A stretch of 63,169 bases of DNA, the filler included, from Diploschistes diacapsis (lineage: Eukaryota), in assembly GCA_023645945.1 (NCBI GenBank). It is 16 parts of 16 records of this genome, joined end to end, with 100 filler letters (N's around TTAATTAATTAA, not from the genome) between each part and the next. Parts side by side here need not be neighbours in the genome. Positions count along the whole stretch, not along the records: positions 40,632 to 61,678 come from JALAIB010000318.1; 15 more parts are not named here. One strand, 5' to 3'. Below the pieces are notes generated by a model. That model did no database searches. It saw only the letters and a list, made by a program, of their open reading frames with translations, and was not told the DNA's origin. A program made the translations under genes and the position numbers. This document shows positions 48,701-61,778 of the stretch, piece after piece; within the stretch, counting starts at the first letter, position 1, and each line of letters begins with the position of its first letter.

Positions 48701-50010
48701 TATCCCCCCCTCCTTACCCCATTCCCACTCTGGGCTTTGCACGGGAAGTAACCCTCGCCCTGCACGGGGAGACCTTGGGCGGTCCACATCAACACGGCCT
48801 GATAGGAAACGGCTGCTTGGGTATGAATCGTATGATCGTACAGGCCCATAGTATGCACATTCTAGGTACTGGGCATAGGGTATTGCAGGCCAACTCAACC
48901 AATAATATGACATATACATTAGCTTCGCAGAGAGCGCTTTGTCACGTTACGCTCCTCCCGTACGCATTATTATGCGGTACGCGTAACCCAGTGCGCGGCA
49001 TCTCGTCGCCTCGGAAAAAAAAAGAAGAAAAAAAAGGGGAAGAATTGTTGGATAACCTGTCCTGCGGAAGATATTTTTCCTGGCACGCTGCAGGAGGAGG
49101 AGGAGCGGTGAGAAGGAGGTTGTGAAGCTGGGGGGGGAGGATACCCGTTACGTTGCGAAAGGACGATGTTCCCCCCTCATCGCTGGTGCTGGCTGCTGAC
49201 TGCTGACTGCTGACGGTTGAGCAGCTGGAGATCGGATCCTGGGGGAGGTTCGATGTTGATTGGGAATTGCGAGCAGGGGATAGCGTGTAGCTGCAGCGCG
49301 CTGTATTATTGCATTGCATTGCATTGCATTTTGCTCCCTGGCCAATTCACAGAGCTGATTCCCATCCAGCAATGCGAGGCTAAGACTCCGAATCGTGCGT
49401 CGAGTATTGTACCAAGTTCGAGGTACCTATTAAGCACAGACGATATTAGAGGCAGGTAGGTACCTTTTAAGATGTTCGGGTAACACGCTGGCTGGTACGA
49501 TAACCGAGCATGTGCAGCAACTCGATAGAGAGGCAAATATGAAATGCGGTATGGATGCAGGGAAGGAGACATCGTAGGAAGTAGCCTGATAGCATTGATA
49601 GTAGCACCACTCACCTCGGAAGAAAAGAATAAAGACGCACGGTACGGACGCGCCGTATCATGCTTCAGGTTAGGGGTAGCAACTGGGTAGGCTTCATATG
49701 TTCGCGGTAAATCAATGCCATCAATGCCAGAGCCTGAATCTTCAGCACAGTTGGTAGAATATTGATATTTCCAATACTGTATAAGCCTCAGTACCAGTAT
49801 ATACAAACCCGTACTTTTGACAGCCATCATACACCTCCCAACAGCCCGTGTCATCTACCAATATCAATCAATACCCCTATGGACATGAAATCCCCCTCTT
49901 TGGAGCTTCTGTACATGTAAATCGTATCATACATCTAAAGTGCCATCATAAAAGTGTCATGAAAGACATGAAAATCACCCCCCCCCCCGTCGTTCAGTTA
50001 TACATTCCAA

Positions 50011-52593
50011 TCAAAACTTCATCCGCGACACACCACCGGCAGCCGCGCCCTTCAGGCTACTCATGCTGCCCTGCGGAAAGAGCGAGTAGCTCGTGCGACG
50101 TCCCAGCGCCCTCCTCCCTGCATTCGTAGTCCCGCTTCCACTCCCGTGCCAAGCCCCAGCGGCCGCAGCCGCAGCTGCAGCCGCACCCTTGGGCGCACCG
50201 ATCAGCGCCAGGTCCGGCATCACCGGCTTCGTCGCCTCCGAATTGGTGCGAGCGCGGGCCGCAAACGTCTCAGTGACGGACGGCGCGGAGACGGGTGCCG
50301 TTGGCATGGATGCTGGAGCCAAGGTAGCGCAGACGGAGCTGCCGGCAAGCAAGTCGGGCGACGATGTCCGCGGACGGACGGTCTGCAGCGATCTTGGGAG
50401 AATGGACGGCTCGTAGGGTTCATACGACTTCCCGGCCGTGTGCTGGATCGGCAGCACCTGCTGTTCGCTGGCCGCGATGCGCGAGGCGGTGCCGGGCACG
50501 AGGTCCGGCAAGCTGCCGTACGAGGAGCTGCGGCGGTGCTTGGAGGTAGAGGTACCGGCGCTGCTCCGTTGGTCCGTGGAGAGACTCTCGTGGCTGGTGG
50601 GCTTCGAAATGGGAGAGGCCGGGCTGCGGTGACTGGGCAAGGCGTGCCGTGAAAAGTCGGTGGCGACGCGCAGGTCTTGCGGTTGATGGAAGTAAGCGGC
50701 TTGCTTGAACGAATCTTGCTCGACGAGATTTTGCGTGTAGGTTTCCTCGTGCGTGACGCGAGAGGCGTAGTCTCGGTGGATGAGAAGAGAGGGTGCGAGA
50801 GCGAAACGGAAAGTGCTTTCGGAAGATGGCAGCTCGAGGCAGGATTCGGGGTCGGACGGGGTACGAATGCCAGGGATCGAGATCGAGGATGTAGCGGAGC
50901 CAGTGTCCATCGGCGAGGAAGGGAAGTTGTGGAGATAGAGGCTTCGTGGTGGTTTAGTTTGCGCGTCCTGAAGAGAGTTGAAGGCGGCCGTTGGGGTGCT
51001 CGAGCTGGTGGCGTTCATCCAGATGCTATCCTCTGCCGAGGACCGGTCGTATTCTGAGCCTTCGGCCTCCATGGCATGCTCGTAGCAGTAGTCGATATCG
51101 TCCTCCCAGCTGCTGTGTCCAGCGAGTGCCGTTGAAAGGTCGTCCGTCGGCCGCGACGATACACCGCCCGCCTGTTTTCGCGGGGGGAATGTGGGCGAAG
51201 GCGCTGGACTTGTTGCCCATCCTTCATCCTCCGGCTCTGGGGTGGACCATGGCATTCTTTCTGATACTGGCGGGATGAGGATCCTGTCACACGGGAAGGA
51301 GTTCGCGTGACGGAGGGCGTATGATCTCGTCCCGTCCTTTGCATCGTGCTTGGGCCCCTCTTCTTCCTCCTCCTCAGGCACATCCGCCAGCCCGATATTC
51401 GAACCGCTGCGCTGCTGGGTGATGAAGAGATAGGCCGAGTCGTCCGGAGTCGTCACGGCTTGGGCGATGTCGCCCGACTCGAACCCCGGTCCGTGATGGA
51501 GAGCGCCGCTGCAGGGCAGAGAAAAAAAGGAACTCGACATGCTGAAATAGGCTTCGGGAGAGGAAGTGTTGCTGTTGGGTGTCATGGCATCGGGAATGGT
51601 GGGTGATCCTGATGGGATGGAAGCAGGATTGAAGGAAAGGGAATGGGACAGCCCATGGATCTGCCGAGAGGACCGACGAGGCGGTGGAGATATTGGCGGC
51701 TTCGGCGAACTAAAAGAGTTTGTTGAGACGCGGGTGAAGCTATCAATCGATTTAACAGTGCGAAGCGTTCGAAACTCCTCGCTTGATGCAGGGCTGGCCA
51801 GCGAGCTAGTGGGGCGTGACTCTGTCGGGCTATCGAAGCTCGTGGCGGTGGTGGACAGGGAGGGAGACGCGGCTGGCGAGAAGGTGGACTGAATATCTTC
51901 GGCCTTGATGCCCTTCAGTTCTGGTTTCGGGGCTTGGGAAGCGCGGATGGCAGAGAACTCGGTCACGAGTTCTCGGGGACTGGCCGTCCGAAGCGTCCTT
52001 GCCTGAGTCGGGCCAGTGTGCGTCAAGTGCTGGAAGTTGTAAGGCTCTGAGATGGCAGGCCTCCCCCGCTGCGGCGGCCCTGCTTCTCCAGTGAGTAAAC
52101 ACATCAGACTTTGCCCTTGCTTCTCCGACTTACCAGAAGAGGCAAAACGCGTGTGCCTAGAAGAAGATTTGGCAGAGGAGCTGTCGCGTGTGTGTGGCCT
52201 CTGCACCTCGCTCCCATCGAAATTGTCCATCGACCTCAGCCTGTTGCTGCTCCTTGTTTTTGCAAGCAAGCGGGAGCTTTTGCTGAGCAACGCCCTCGCC
52301 AGACCGACCGACTTCTCTTCCCTAACCTGGGCAACGGAGGCAGAACGCGGACTGTGTGCAGAGGCAGCCAGCGATACTTCGGATGACGAGCTGCGGACGC
52401 CGGCAAGGGTCGGAAGGCTCGACATGGTGAGGTCGCTCTTTGACCTGAGCAGGAAGGGCGCGGCCAAGCTCGAGCTGCTGCCCGAGGTAGATGTGGGCGA
52501 CATCACGCTCTCGGGAGTGCTCTCGACGCGTAAGAGTTCGTCGTGGAAGAGAGCGGGCCGTATGTGGGCGTTGGGTGCAACCATCGTCGACAT
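50011..52593 (-). CDS. Ser/Pro-rich CRIB (Cdc42/Rac-binding) domain protein without kinase domain
   Basis: CRIB ISEPYNFQHLTHT at ~52015-52053. Probable 54-nt in-frame intron at 52133-52080 (GTAAGT...CAG). The rest is low-complexity. Confidence 0.8.
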   Translation of the reverse strand: MSTMVAPNAHIRPALFHDELLRVESTPESVMSPTSTSGSSSSLAAPFLLRSKSDLTMSSLPTLAGVRSSSSEVSLAASAHSPRSASVAQVREEKSVGLARALLSKSSRLLAKTRSSNRLRSMDNFDGSEVQRPHTRDSSSAKSSSRHTRFASSGKSEKQGQSLMCLLTGEAGPPQRGRPAISEPYNFQHLTHTGPTQARTLRTASPRELVTEFSAIRASQAPKPELKGIKAEDIQSTFSPAASPSLSTTATSFDSPTESRPTSSLASPASSEEFRTLRTVKSIDSFTRVSTNSFSSPKPPISPPPRRSSRQIHGLSHSLSFNPASIPSGSPTIPDAMTPNSNTSSPEAYFSMSSSFFSLPCSGALHHGPGFESGDIAQAVTTPDDSAYLFITQQRSGSNIGLADVPEEEEEEGPKHDAKDGTRSYALRHANSFPCDRILIPPVSERMPWSTPEPEDEGWATSPAPSPTFPPRKQAGGVSSRPTDDLSTALAGHSSWEDDIDYCYEHAMEAEGSEYDRSSAEDSIWMNATSSSTPTAAFNSLQDAQTKPPRSLYLHNFPSSPMDTGSATSSISIPGIRTPSDPESCLELPSSESTFRFALAPSLLIHRDYASRVTHEETYTQNLVEQDSFKQAAYFHQPQDLRVATDFSRHALPSHRSPASPISKPTSHESLSTDQRSSAGTSTSKHRRSSSYGSLPDLVPGTASRIAASEQQVLPIQHTAGKSYEPYEPSILPRSLQTVRPRTSSPDLLAGSSVCATLAPASMPTAPVSAPSVTETFAARARTNSEATKPVMPDLALIGAPKGAAAAAAAAAGAWHGSGSGTTNAGRRALGRRTSYSLFPQGSMSSLKGAAAGGVSRMKF

Positions 52594-53283
52594 GGATGTG
52601 CTTGAAAACCCTTCTTCACGCTCGCCTGACTTTTTAATGCCAATCTGTCACCGCGTCGTTAAGGAGCGTGTGTTGGGGAAAACGGGGGACGGAGTATGCT
52701 CTGCTGTCGAGGCGACAAAGCTTTCCCGGGTAGGAATGCCTGTCAGAGAGTAAGTGATCCGTAATGGATGTGAGTTAAGGAGTGCAAGATTGGCAGGGGA
52801 CCTTGTCAAGTGGAGGAGGGCTGGTCGAGGGTATATTAAGAGGCCGGGGGTAGAGACTGTTATCAAAGATCCCGCAGGGATGGCTCAAGCGCACCCAGAG
52901 TGAAGGAGCGTGAAATGTGAAATACTGCAGGTGATGAGAATGACAGGAATGGGGAGACAATTTTCTGAAGGAGGAAACGAACAACAAGCACAGAAATGGA
53001 GCGCGTGTCCCCCCCCCCCCTTCCCACATACAATACGCAGTATCTACCCACTGGCAGTGCGAGAGAGAATTTGACGTTGAATCGAAGCTAGCGAGTTGGC
53101 CCTGGACATCCAAGCTAGCCTTTTGCCTATCGACCGATTCTCCTTTCTTTCTTTCTTTTTTCTTCTTCTTTCTCATCTTAGCGCAATGCGGCACGGGGAG
53201 ACAAACCAGTACCCATTCTTACCATGGGCTGGGTGCAGTGAGGACTCTAGTAGGGGACGGTGGGACAATGGCCCTAAACGGAC

Positions 53284-53315
<32 letters not shown>

Positions 53316-53713
53316 TTCGGTATTGTGTAAATTTTTGTTCTTGTCCCCGTTGCTTTTTGTGTTGTATTTATTTGTATTTGTCCTGCTATATACTCATCAT
53401 TGCCCAGTACTACTAAAGCTGCTTATGGCCCCAAAGTAAGGCTCGGAAACTAACCCCATAGTTTTCGTAGTCGCATCAATATCTTCCGTCTTACTCAGCG
53501 TAGGGAGAAAGCTGAATCAATACAACAACAGGGGCACGAGGTGTTGGAGCCTTTCACACATTGGGCAAAGTATTGGAAGTGAAGTGATTAGTGATAATGG
53601 CTGGTGGTAGTTATTGTTATTGTTATTTTGCAGTACTAGGCTTGGTCGATTCACGACTGTGTGGCCATGCCATCATTAGCATTAGCATTAGCATTAGCAT
53701 TAGCATTAGCATT
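53284..53713. repeat. Microsatellites (GGCT)8 at 53284-53315 and (CATTAG)6 at 53674-53709
   Basis: Read directly. Confidence 0.95.
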
Positions 53714-56283
53714 CATGCAGTGAAGTCCCAAAGAGATCGAGAAGCCTGGACTACTGCAACATTCGCGTGTCTTCTTGATCCCGGTGGCTGGCTGGTCGGC
53801 GCCCTTCTGTACGCAACTTGCAAGGGCAACAACTTCTTCAAAGGGATTTGTTCAGCCTTGTGAAAAAAGGTTGAAAAACAATCGGCCCAAATTTCTTTAC
53901 CAGGTGGCTACTAGAGGAGGTAAAGGAAAGGACTGCTTTGAAAAAATTATTTCTCATCGTCTTTTCTTTGACAGTCCCAGATAATAAGAAAAAGGAAAAG
54001 CGAGAGAGCGCGATGAGGGACTGCAAGAACGGACCGTCCCGCCTCGGTATGAAACCCGTTTTACTTACTTACTTGTGTACTACTTCGCATATCACCACAC
54101 ACAGATTCTTCTTGATATTGAGAAGAGGCCAGAATGCCAATATCTTTTTTACATGACATGTCAGCCGTGGGTGCGGCAATACTCAGGCCAGGGTTCCCAT
54201 TTCCAAGTTCAAAGTCCACTCTCTCTCTCTCTACCATAATGGGCTGTGTCAGCCACGTTTTATGCAACGAGCATCCACATCCACAGCGTCGATGGATGGC
54301 GTACATTGACTTTAATAGCACCGACATCTTCCCTTTTTGGGCCATGATCGGGGCTTGACAGCATACAGACGAGACAGGGCAAGAATACACGTATCGCATA
54401 TCAACGAATGAACCCTCGAGATCAAGCCAGACCCTCCCACATATCCATTCCTGTCTTGACCTGCATATAGATTCCAGGACACACGGCTGCAATTGGGGCT
54501 TCGGGGACCCTGTGTCGATCCGATCCGAGTCTTTGTTTTTTCCCGATATTGGTCTCTGACATTCTCGGAGCGTGAGGCGCACAACTCGCCATGGTCACGC
54601 GCATTGAGTAACTGAAGTGGCCTCGTGCCTGGACTGCCAAAGATGCAAAAGCACTACCACCACCACCGTCACCGTTCCCGAGGTGGATTCTATAGCTCTG
54701 ACTTTATCGATGCTCGCCATGCTATTGCCAATATAAGAACATGATATGCGCCAAGTTGCATGCAATAGCTCGAGGTTGATATTTTATTTAACCTGCTTGA
54801 AAATGAAAGCCTCGTGGGAAGTTAATTACAGAGTGGGGACAATGCCATATGCAGCCGTGAATTGATTGCGACACGTTCCAAACATCAATCCGGGTTCTGG
54901 TCTACAAGACAGGCCAGCTACGCATATGGCGAGATAGTGCTCTAGCATTTGGATGGCTTTGACATTGCCCATCAGGCCTTTGTCTTGGATTGTCCCAAAA
55001 AGTACTCCTCACGATACCGAGAAGCTCTGCCGGCTCCGACCCAGAAGGATAGGTGAGGCCTGTAACGGGCGGGTGTGAACGAATTCATAATATTAATGCT
55101 TTGGCAAGACTAGGCTTTAGTTTCCCTTGTCCCCTTCTTTTCTTTTCTCTCCAATTTCCTGCTTTCCTAAAAGCCAGTAGCGTTGAGAGATTACTTAAGA
55201 GATGTTGGTGATGGTGGCGGTGATGGTGGCGGTGATGGTGGCGGTGGCGGTGGTGCTGCGGAGATAGATATAAATATAAATGCAAGTTTTACCGACGGGA
55301 GGCCTCGACCGGTTCGAGCAAATGTCTCAACCAAGTCAGTGAGCTTATTCTGAGCTCGTTGTCCGAACCTGGCCAGCCCCAAACCTGCAATTTCGGAAAC
55401 ATGAACTTCGGATTTCCACGAGGGCTATGGTGAAGTTGCTGACTGTATGTTGTATGGCCGATTGAGGGGAGAAGTCACACCACGTGCCAAACCCAGACCA
55501 ACAACGGTGCTGGGCCGTACCGACCCCGCCGCATGCCCCGACACTCACTCGATTTCAATAAAAGAACATACCCAGTAGTCTATTGCGACACATGAGGGGG
55601 GAACAAACTCTTGCATAGAAATCGTGGTCTGAACTACGGTTTGTTGTTGCACTTTAAATAGGTAGCGGGGTAGTATGTTATGTCGTCATGTACTCAGACA
55701 TGTGAAACACCTGAGGAAACGCAGTTGCAGCAAATATAAATAATAATATATAGACTACGTCCAAAGATCATGGATCATGTCACCCCCCACAAAGATGGTC
55801 CGGTAGATTACCCCCCTAGGCTCTGGACGGAAGAAACCGAGTACCGATGTAAAACTACTACTACAAAAAGAGTACATAAGTTACAGTACTGTGACGCAGA
55901 ACGCACATGGTATATATCGGCCCGAAGATATAAGAATCGACACAAGCTGTAACCAGCCTATCCGCCACCCCCCCTTTACGCAGACCTTAGTCGATTGATG
56001 CCATACAGAGAAACAAACCACCACTTGAAACAAGCAGTCGTGCCGCTTCACCACAACCATCTTTGAAACCAGAAAAAAAAGGGGGGGTTCGAGAAGGGAA
56101 TAAAGACACCAATGGTACTGAACATGAACCGAAAATTGGAACAATAATAACAACAACAACAACAGTAATAGACAAAGAGAAAAGCAACCCACCTAACAAA
56201 CATCCTTACATCCTTTACATGGGCATGCCGTCAGGCACAACAACACGCACGTGGGGCGTCCCCCCAAAAACCAACTATCTTCG

Positions 56284-56390
56284 GCAGTAGCAGTAGCAGT
56301 AGCAGTAGCAGTAGCAGTAGCAGTAGCAGTAGCAGTAGCAGTAGCAGTAGCAGTAGCAGTAGCAGTAGCAGTAGCAGTAGCAGTAGCAGT

Positions 56391-56421
<31 letters not shown>
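56284..56421. repeat. Compound microsatellite (GCAGTA)18(GCA)10
   Basis: Read directly: 108 bp plus 30 bp of perfect repeats. Confidence 0.98.
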
Positions 56422-57185
56422 CGTTGCGTGTGGTATATTTGAAAAGGTCCTGTTATTGGGCGGTTGGTATGAGGCATGTTCATTTTGAAACTTCGCAAAT
56501 CCTTCTTACAAGCACAACTGTACATATGCACAGCAGCCCTGACTGGGGGGTTGAGAAAACTACCGGAAAGGAATAAAACTAATATGAACGATTATTGCCG
56601 GATTTACTAAGTCACGTGTCCTAGTTATGCGCCTCCCCACGCTAAACTGTGACGCCATTGGTAAAAGCCCACGTGGTTGGCGGCAGGATAAACAAATCCC
56701 CCCTTCCCATGATTTATTGGAGCTTGCAGATTCAATGCATGCCAAGCCAAAAAAGCCAGCGTCGAACTTGTCGCAGCAGCATCTATCGCCTATCGCTGCT
56801 CTGCATGTATCAGCAAAGGTTCTTTCAGCAAGGCGTTTCTCAGGAGGTGGGTGGCTTCCTCGCATTTCCCGGGATAGGTAGATAGATAATTGGGCAGGGG
56901 TAGGGTTCCTTCTTGTTCTTTCGCCTTGCCTCGTAGAAGTACATTTCTTTGGCTCCTGGCCCCAAAAATCGCATACAGGTATCTAGAAATCCCCCCCCTC
57001 TCGCCCTCAAACCGACCAAAGCCAGCGGTAATAAACCCATCCACGATGCATGCATGCGTACCCGATGAACTCCCCCAAGCCGCTTGCCTGTCCTATATGA
57101 CCAAATCACCCAAAGTGTAGATCTTGCTGGTACAGCAAGCCAGGCCCTCTTTCCCCCCCTTTACCCCCACCATATCGCACGCTTC

Positions 57186-60100
57186 TCATGTAGGAGGCAT
57201 ATATGATTCCGGGTCCCCTTCCACATCCACCCTCGGCGCTCCTCCATCCGGGTTGCCCGCAGCGCCAACAGAGTCATCCACCATCGGCTTCGGTCCCAGA
57301 TCCGCAAACCCCTTTTCTTCTTCCCCGTCCACCTTACCGTCCGCTTCGCCTCCCCCTTCTCTTTCGTCATCATCCTCCTCCTCCTCCTCCTCCTCCTCAT
57401 CGTCATCGATCCTCCTGTTGGCCTTCCTCTTCGGAGCCACCGGCGCATCTTCATCTTCCTCGTCTTCGCCACCGGTCTGGCCCGCGTCGGGCATCTCCGT
57501 ATCCTCATCCCCTACCTCCGAAGCCGAAGCCGAAGCAGAAGCGGGAGCAACTTGCGTCGCCGACGGCGCTCGGACATCGTCGTCTTCATCGCTGACGTCG
57601 AATGCGTTCTTTCCGCTCGAGGGGGCCGGCACGCTGTCGTCTTCGTCGCTGTCCACCACCATCTCCGCGCTCTTGTACTTCGAGCTGCTCTTCCCCTCGC
57701 TACGGCGCGCCAGTTTGCGCTTCTTCCGGGGCTTCCCCCCATCTTCGCCGTCGCTGCCCCGCTTTTCTCTCCTCTTCTTCGGCGCAGACGCATCCGCCCC
57801 GCTGAGGCCAGAATCCGACACAATCATGTCGTCGTCCGACTGGGTCTTCTTTTTCCTCTTGGCAGCAGCCTTGCGGCCCTTCCTCTTGACCCTGTTCCCC
57901 TCGCCGTCCTCTGTCCACTCCGCCTCCTCCATCAGTCGGTCCTGCTCGTCGCGCTTCATCGCCACCTCCCTCGCGCTCGCCATCAGTCTCTCGCGTTCCT
58001 CCTGCAACCGCCTCTTCCTCTGCCTCTCGATCTCCTCCATCCTCTCCTGCTCCTCCCTCTTCTTCCTCAAGTAGGCTTCCCTCTTGCGTCTCGCTTCCGC
58101 AGTCTTTGCAGCGTTCGTGTCCTCGTACTCCTTCTGCGCCTGCAGCGCTCTGTCCAGCTGTTTCCTGATCGTGTTCCGCCCCATGTTGGCCCTCTGCTCG
58201 ATGTCATTTCTCGGGTACGGCGGCCTGGGCGCCTTGGAGATTTCGATGAAGCTCTCGATCGCCTCGTCGAGCCCCTCGATCGCGAATTCGACGTCTGTCA
58301 GCGTGCGCTTTGTCTCGGGGAGGGATTGCACCAGGGAGGCGAGTTGGATCTGGACAAAGGCGATGTTGAAGCGAAGATAGAGCTCCGCAGGGGCAAGGGC
58401 GAGGGCGTCGCGAGAGTAGTCCAGCGAGGTTTTCATCGCGGAAATGGACTTGTCGGTCTTGCCTTTGAGTAGCCAGGCGCGTCCGAGCGAGGCGAGGAGT
58501 TGGGCGTCTGAGGTGTGAAGTTTGGACAGGGCCAGCTCGTACTGCGAACGAAAAAAGGTCAGATTGGTGGGATCTCGCATCATTATTCGCTTCCACTTAC
58601 ATGTTCAATGGCTCGTTGGAATTGCTTCATTTCGCCGTAGGCGTGGCCGAGGTTGATCAGAACGCAGGGCTCTCTGACCGTTTCCTTAATCTTGTTAAAG
58701 ATCTGAATCGCGCCGGTAAAGTCTTTCTTGTCCTCGGCCATGGCAATGGCAACGCCTTGCGCGGCGTAGGCATTCTTCGGATCTAGCTGCAGAGCTTTGC
58801 TGAAGAACTCGATCCCACGTTCGTACGTCTTCCTTCGCTTCTCCCTTTCTTGCTCGGTATCTCGGCGCATTTCTCTCGCCACGACAAGGTACATATTCCC
58901 CATTGCGGTCAGTGAGTACTGATCGTGCTTGTCGAATTGTTGAAGAGTTTGCTTATAAAATCGTTGCTCTTGGTCTTCTGCAATGTGCTGGCCTCGTCGT
59001 TTGGCTTTGTTTAGGTACCAGCCGTACATGGATCGAATATCCATATCTTGGTTGTCCGCTTCGTAGAGGGTGCTGATGGCTTTTGGACCCTCCGTCGAAG
59101 GGTTCTGTCGGAGCTCAATGTAAGCCAGCCGGGTCTGAGCATCAATGTAATCCGAGTGTCTTGCTAATATCTGTTCGTAGATTGCTCTGGCTTCGTCCAG
59201 AAGATGCGAAGCTTCGTAACTGCGCCCGAGATTGTAACTGATGGTAGTAACGAGCTGGTCAATCTCTACATTGTCCCCGGCGTCGTTGTCGGGTGTACAC
59301 GAGCCCAAGGCTAACTGAAACGATTCCGCTGATTCCCCGAATCTCTCCAGCTGGAACTGAAAGCAGCCAATGTTGTTCAGAAGCTGAGGCGGAAGCATGG
59401 CTGTTTGTTGCTGCTTCCTATCGTTTTCGTCCTCGGCATCTGGAATCACTGCGAGCTCGCCTAGATTCTCAATCGCGACCTGCCGTACCTGCATAAGGCA
59501 AGCAAGACTCTTCTCAGGCGATTCGGTTTCGTACAGGCGTGAAAGGGTTAGCAATACGTTGATGTCAGGCTCCAGCGCTCTAGTTGGGTCTTTCCAGGAC
59601 AACCTGGCTTGCTCGAGGTGACCCAGGGCCTTCTTGGCCTCCTGTGACTTGTCTTCTTTTAGGCCAGAAGCTTGATTAGCGAAAACATCCTGAGCGTACA
59701 GATTGCCTAGTATCACCCTTGCTTCCACGCTGTTGTGATATTGGACAATCTTCTCCAGGCGGTGTTTGGCTTCGTTGATTTTCCCCTCCATGACCATGGC
59801 TTGAACGGAACCAACCCTCGCTGGCAGGTAGCCCTTGTCGCCTCCCCCTCGAGCGCTGTCCGCTCGGTTGTAGTACTCTTCCACCTTGCTCCAGTTCGGC
59901 GCATCGAGGAAATGTTCTTTCTTGGCCAGCAGATACCAGGCGTCGCTTGCGACAGTATTCGTGTCCGTCAGCTCTATTGCCTTGCGACACATTCGCTCCA
60001 CTATGCTCCAAGTTTGCTGCGAAAAGAAGTGGATAGCAAGTGCCGTGTAAACTAGTGGATTCCTCTTCTCGGCTTCGAAAGCTCGTTGGGCATAGACAGT

Positions 60101-61122
60101 CATGGCTTCATCATATCGCCGGAGGAAATCCGCGCCACCGACCTTGTGCTTCTGGGCGTCGCTCAGGTGGAACAGGCCGACAAGAACGTTTGCAATCCCA
60201 GAGCTTGGATTCTAAACTCGTTAGCTCCCGGTGTTCAGACACTGAATGGCAGGCTTACTAGTTCGAGAGCCCTCTCCCATGCTTCCTTAGCCTCCTGCGT
60301 ATGATTGAGCCGCCATAAGCAGCATCCTATACCAATGCGGGGGTCGGGATCATGAAGATCGGGCATCTTCGTCAGGACATCCTGGTAGCACAGCAATGAT
60401 TCCTCATACCTGCGCAAGGAAAAAAGGGTTCGCGCCTTGCCGAGAGCGGCCATCATGTTGCGTCCGTGCGAAACTTGGGAGGCGTCGTTAAAGCATTTTA
60501 ATGCTTGCCGTAGAGTATCCACCCGAGCCGACTGTTCCAAGTTACCAGCAGTCGTCGACGCGGCTGAAGACTGAAAGGATGCGCGCATTAAGGACAGCAC
60601 ACCGCGAGCGAGGAACAAAGGAGGAAACGAGGGGTTGACTCGCGAAGCTTCGTTGAGGGCGCCCGTCGCAGCTTGCAGATAGAAATCCTTCGTTTTCGCT
60701 TCGGAGACCAGCTCGCCCTCGGGAGCCATGCGCGGCGCTTCCCTGCTCTTCCAAATAAATAGCCAACATTGTAGACTCAGCAATCCGATCTTCTCCTTGG
60801 CAAGCCCGCGCGAGAGCGATTGTAGTCCTCGGTTGCATATTTCGATGGCGAGGTCGATCATGTGCTGCTTAGCGTAGGCGAGGGAGACGGTGAGCCACAC
60901 TGTTTTCGAGGCACTTTCATTGTCGAGTAATGTGCACAGCTCGGTAGGATCGTCAAGCAGCTCTTCCAGGTTGAGCTCGACAGCTTCCTCAGCTTCTCCG
61001 GAGACGGGAATGTCGATGGCGGAAGGGATGTCGGAGAAACGCTTTGAGACTGCCACGCCTGTGGCAGCAATACCGTTAGTGTGGCCGTTGACATGGCCAT
61101 TTGTGAGCGTGGTAGTGGCCAT
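57186..61122 (-). CDS. CTR9: Paf1 complex TPR subunit Ctr9
   Basis: ATG at 61122. Motifs IDIPV, DPRIGIGCC, PPQLLNNIG, TTISYNLGR, LDPKNAYAAQGVAI and FNIAFVQ, with a charged tail. Two introns at ~60258-60212 and ~58600-58543. Confidence 0.95.
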
Positions 61123-61778
61123 GCTGGTTGAAGAGGAAATTCGCAGTGATGTGGAAAACGAAAACGATGTGAAATCTACACCTTTCGCTGAAGTAGGAGT
61201 AGTAATCGCGAGCAGTCGATGAAGTCCCACATCGTTCTGGATCTTCTATGTGAATCTGGACTACAATAGAAAGAGGATGTGAAGTCGCAAACAATAGGCA
61301 AAGAGTTCGCAGGCCTTTAGCAGCTGGTGGTTTAGAAAGTTTCCTAAATATGTGGAGATGTTTTAGGCTCAGAATCTCCCCTATGAGAATATTCACAGCA
61401 AACATTTTTTCCATGACTTTTAGGCCTGTGCAAGATACCGAGTGGTGCTTCAGATCAATCAAAAACTAAATCTAAAATATCGGGGAGAGCTGCAAGTTTC
61501 TTAGATCTATGTAATTATTGGTTGAAGCATCTCTCGAGCTTCTGTATGGGGCCATAAAGTGAAAGTATAAATACTAGAAAGTGTAAGTTATTCTCCAATT
61601 TATCCCTCTTCCCCAAAGGGATAATTGAACTTCAAAAGGTCCGTCAATCCCCCAACCCATCCATCATCACCTGCCTTCNNNNNNNNNNNNNNNNNNNNNN
61701 NNNNNNNNNNNNNNNNNNNNNNTTAATTAATTAANNNNNNNNNNNNNNNNNNNNNNNNNNNNNNNNNNNNNNNNNNNN

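Noticed and set aside
52052..52753. 233-aa plus-strand ORF
   Set aside because: Antisense to the CRIB gene, with no recognisable motif.
53674..53713. Telomere-like repeat
   Set aside because: The unit is CATTAG/TTAGCA, not TTAGGG, and it is short and internal.
56193..56531. Poly-Leu, poly-AT and poly-VA ORFs
   Set aside because: Translations of the (GCAGTA)n microsatellite.
57124..58472. 316-aa and 306-aa plus-strand ORFs
   Set aside because: Antisense shadows of the GC-rich, low-complexity CTR9 3' exon.
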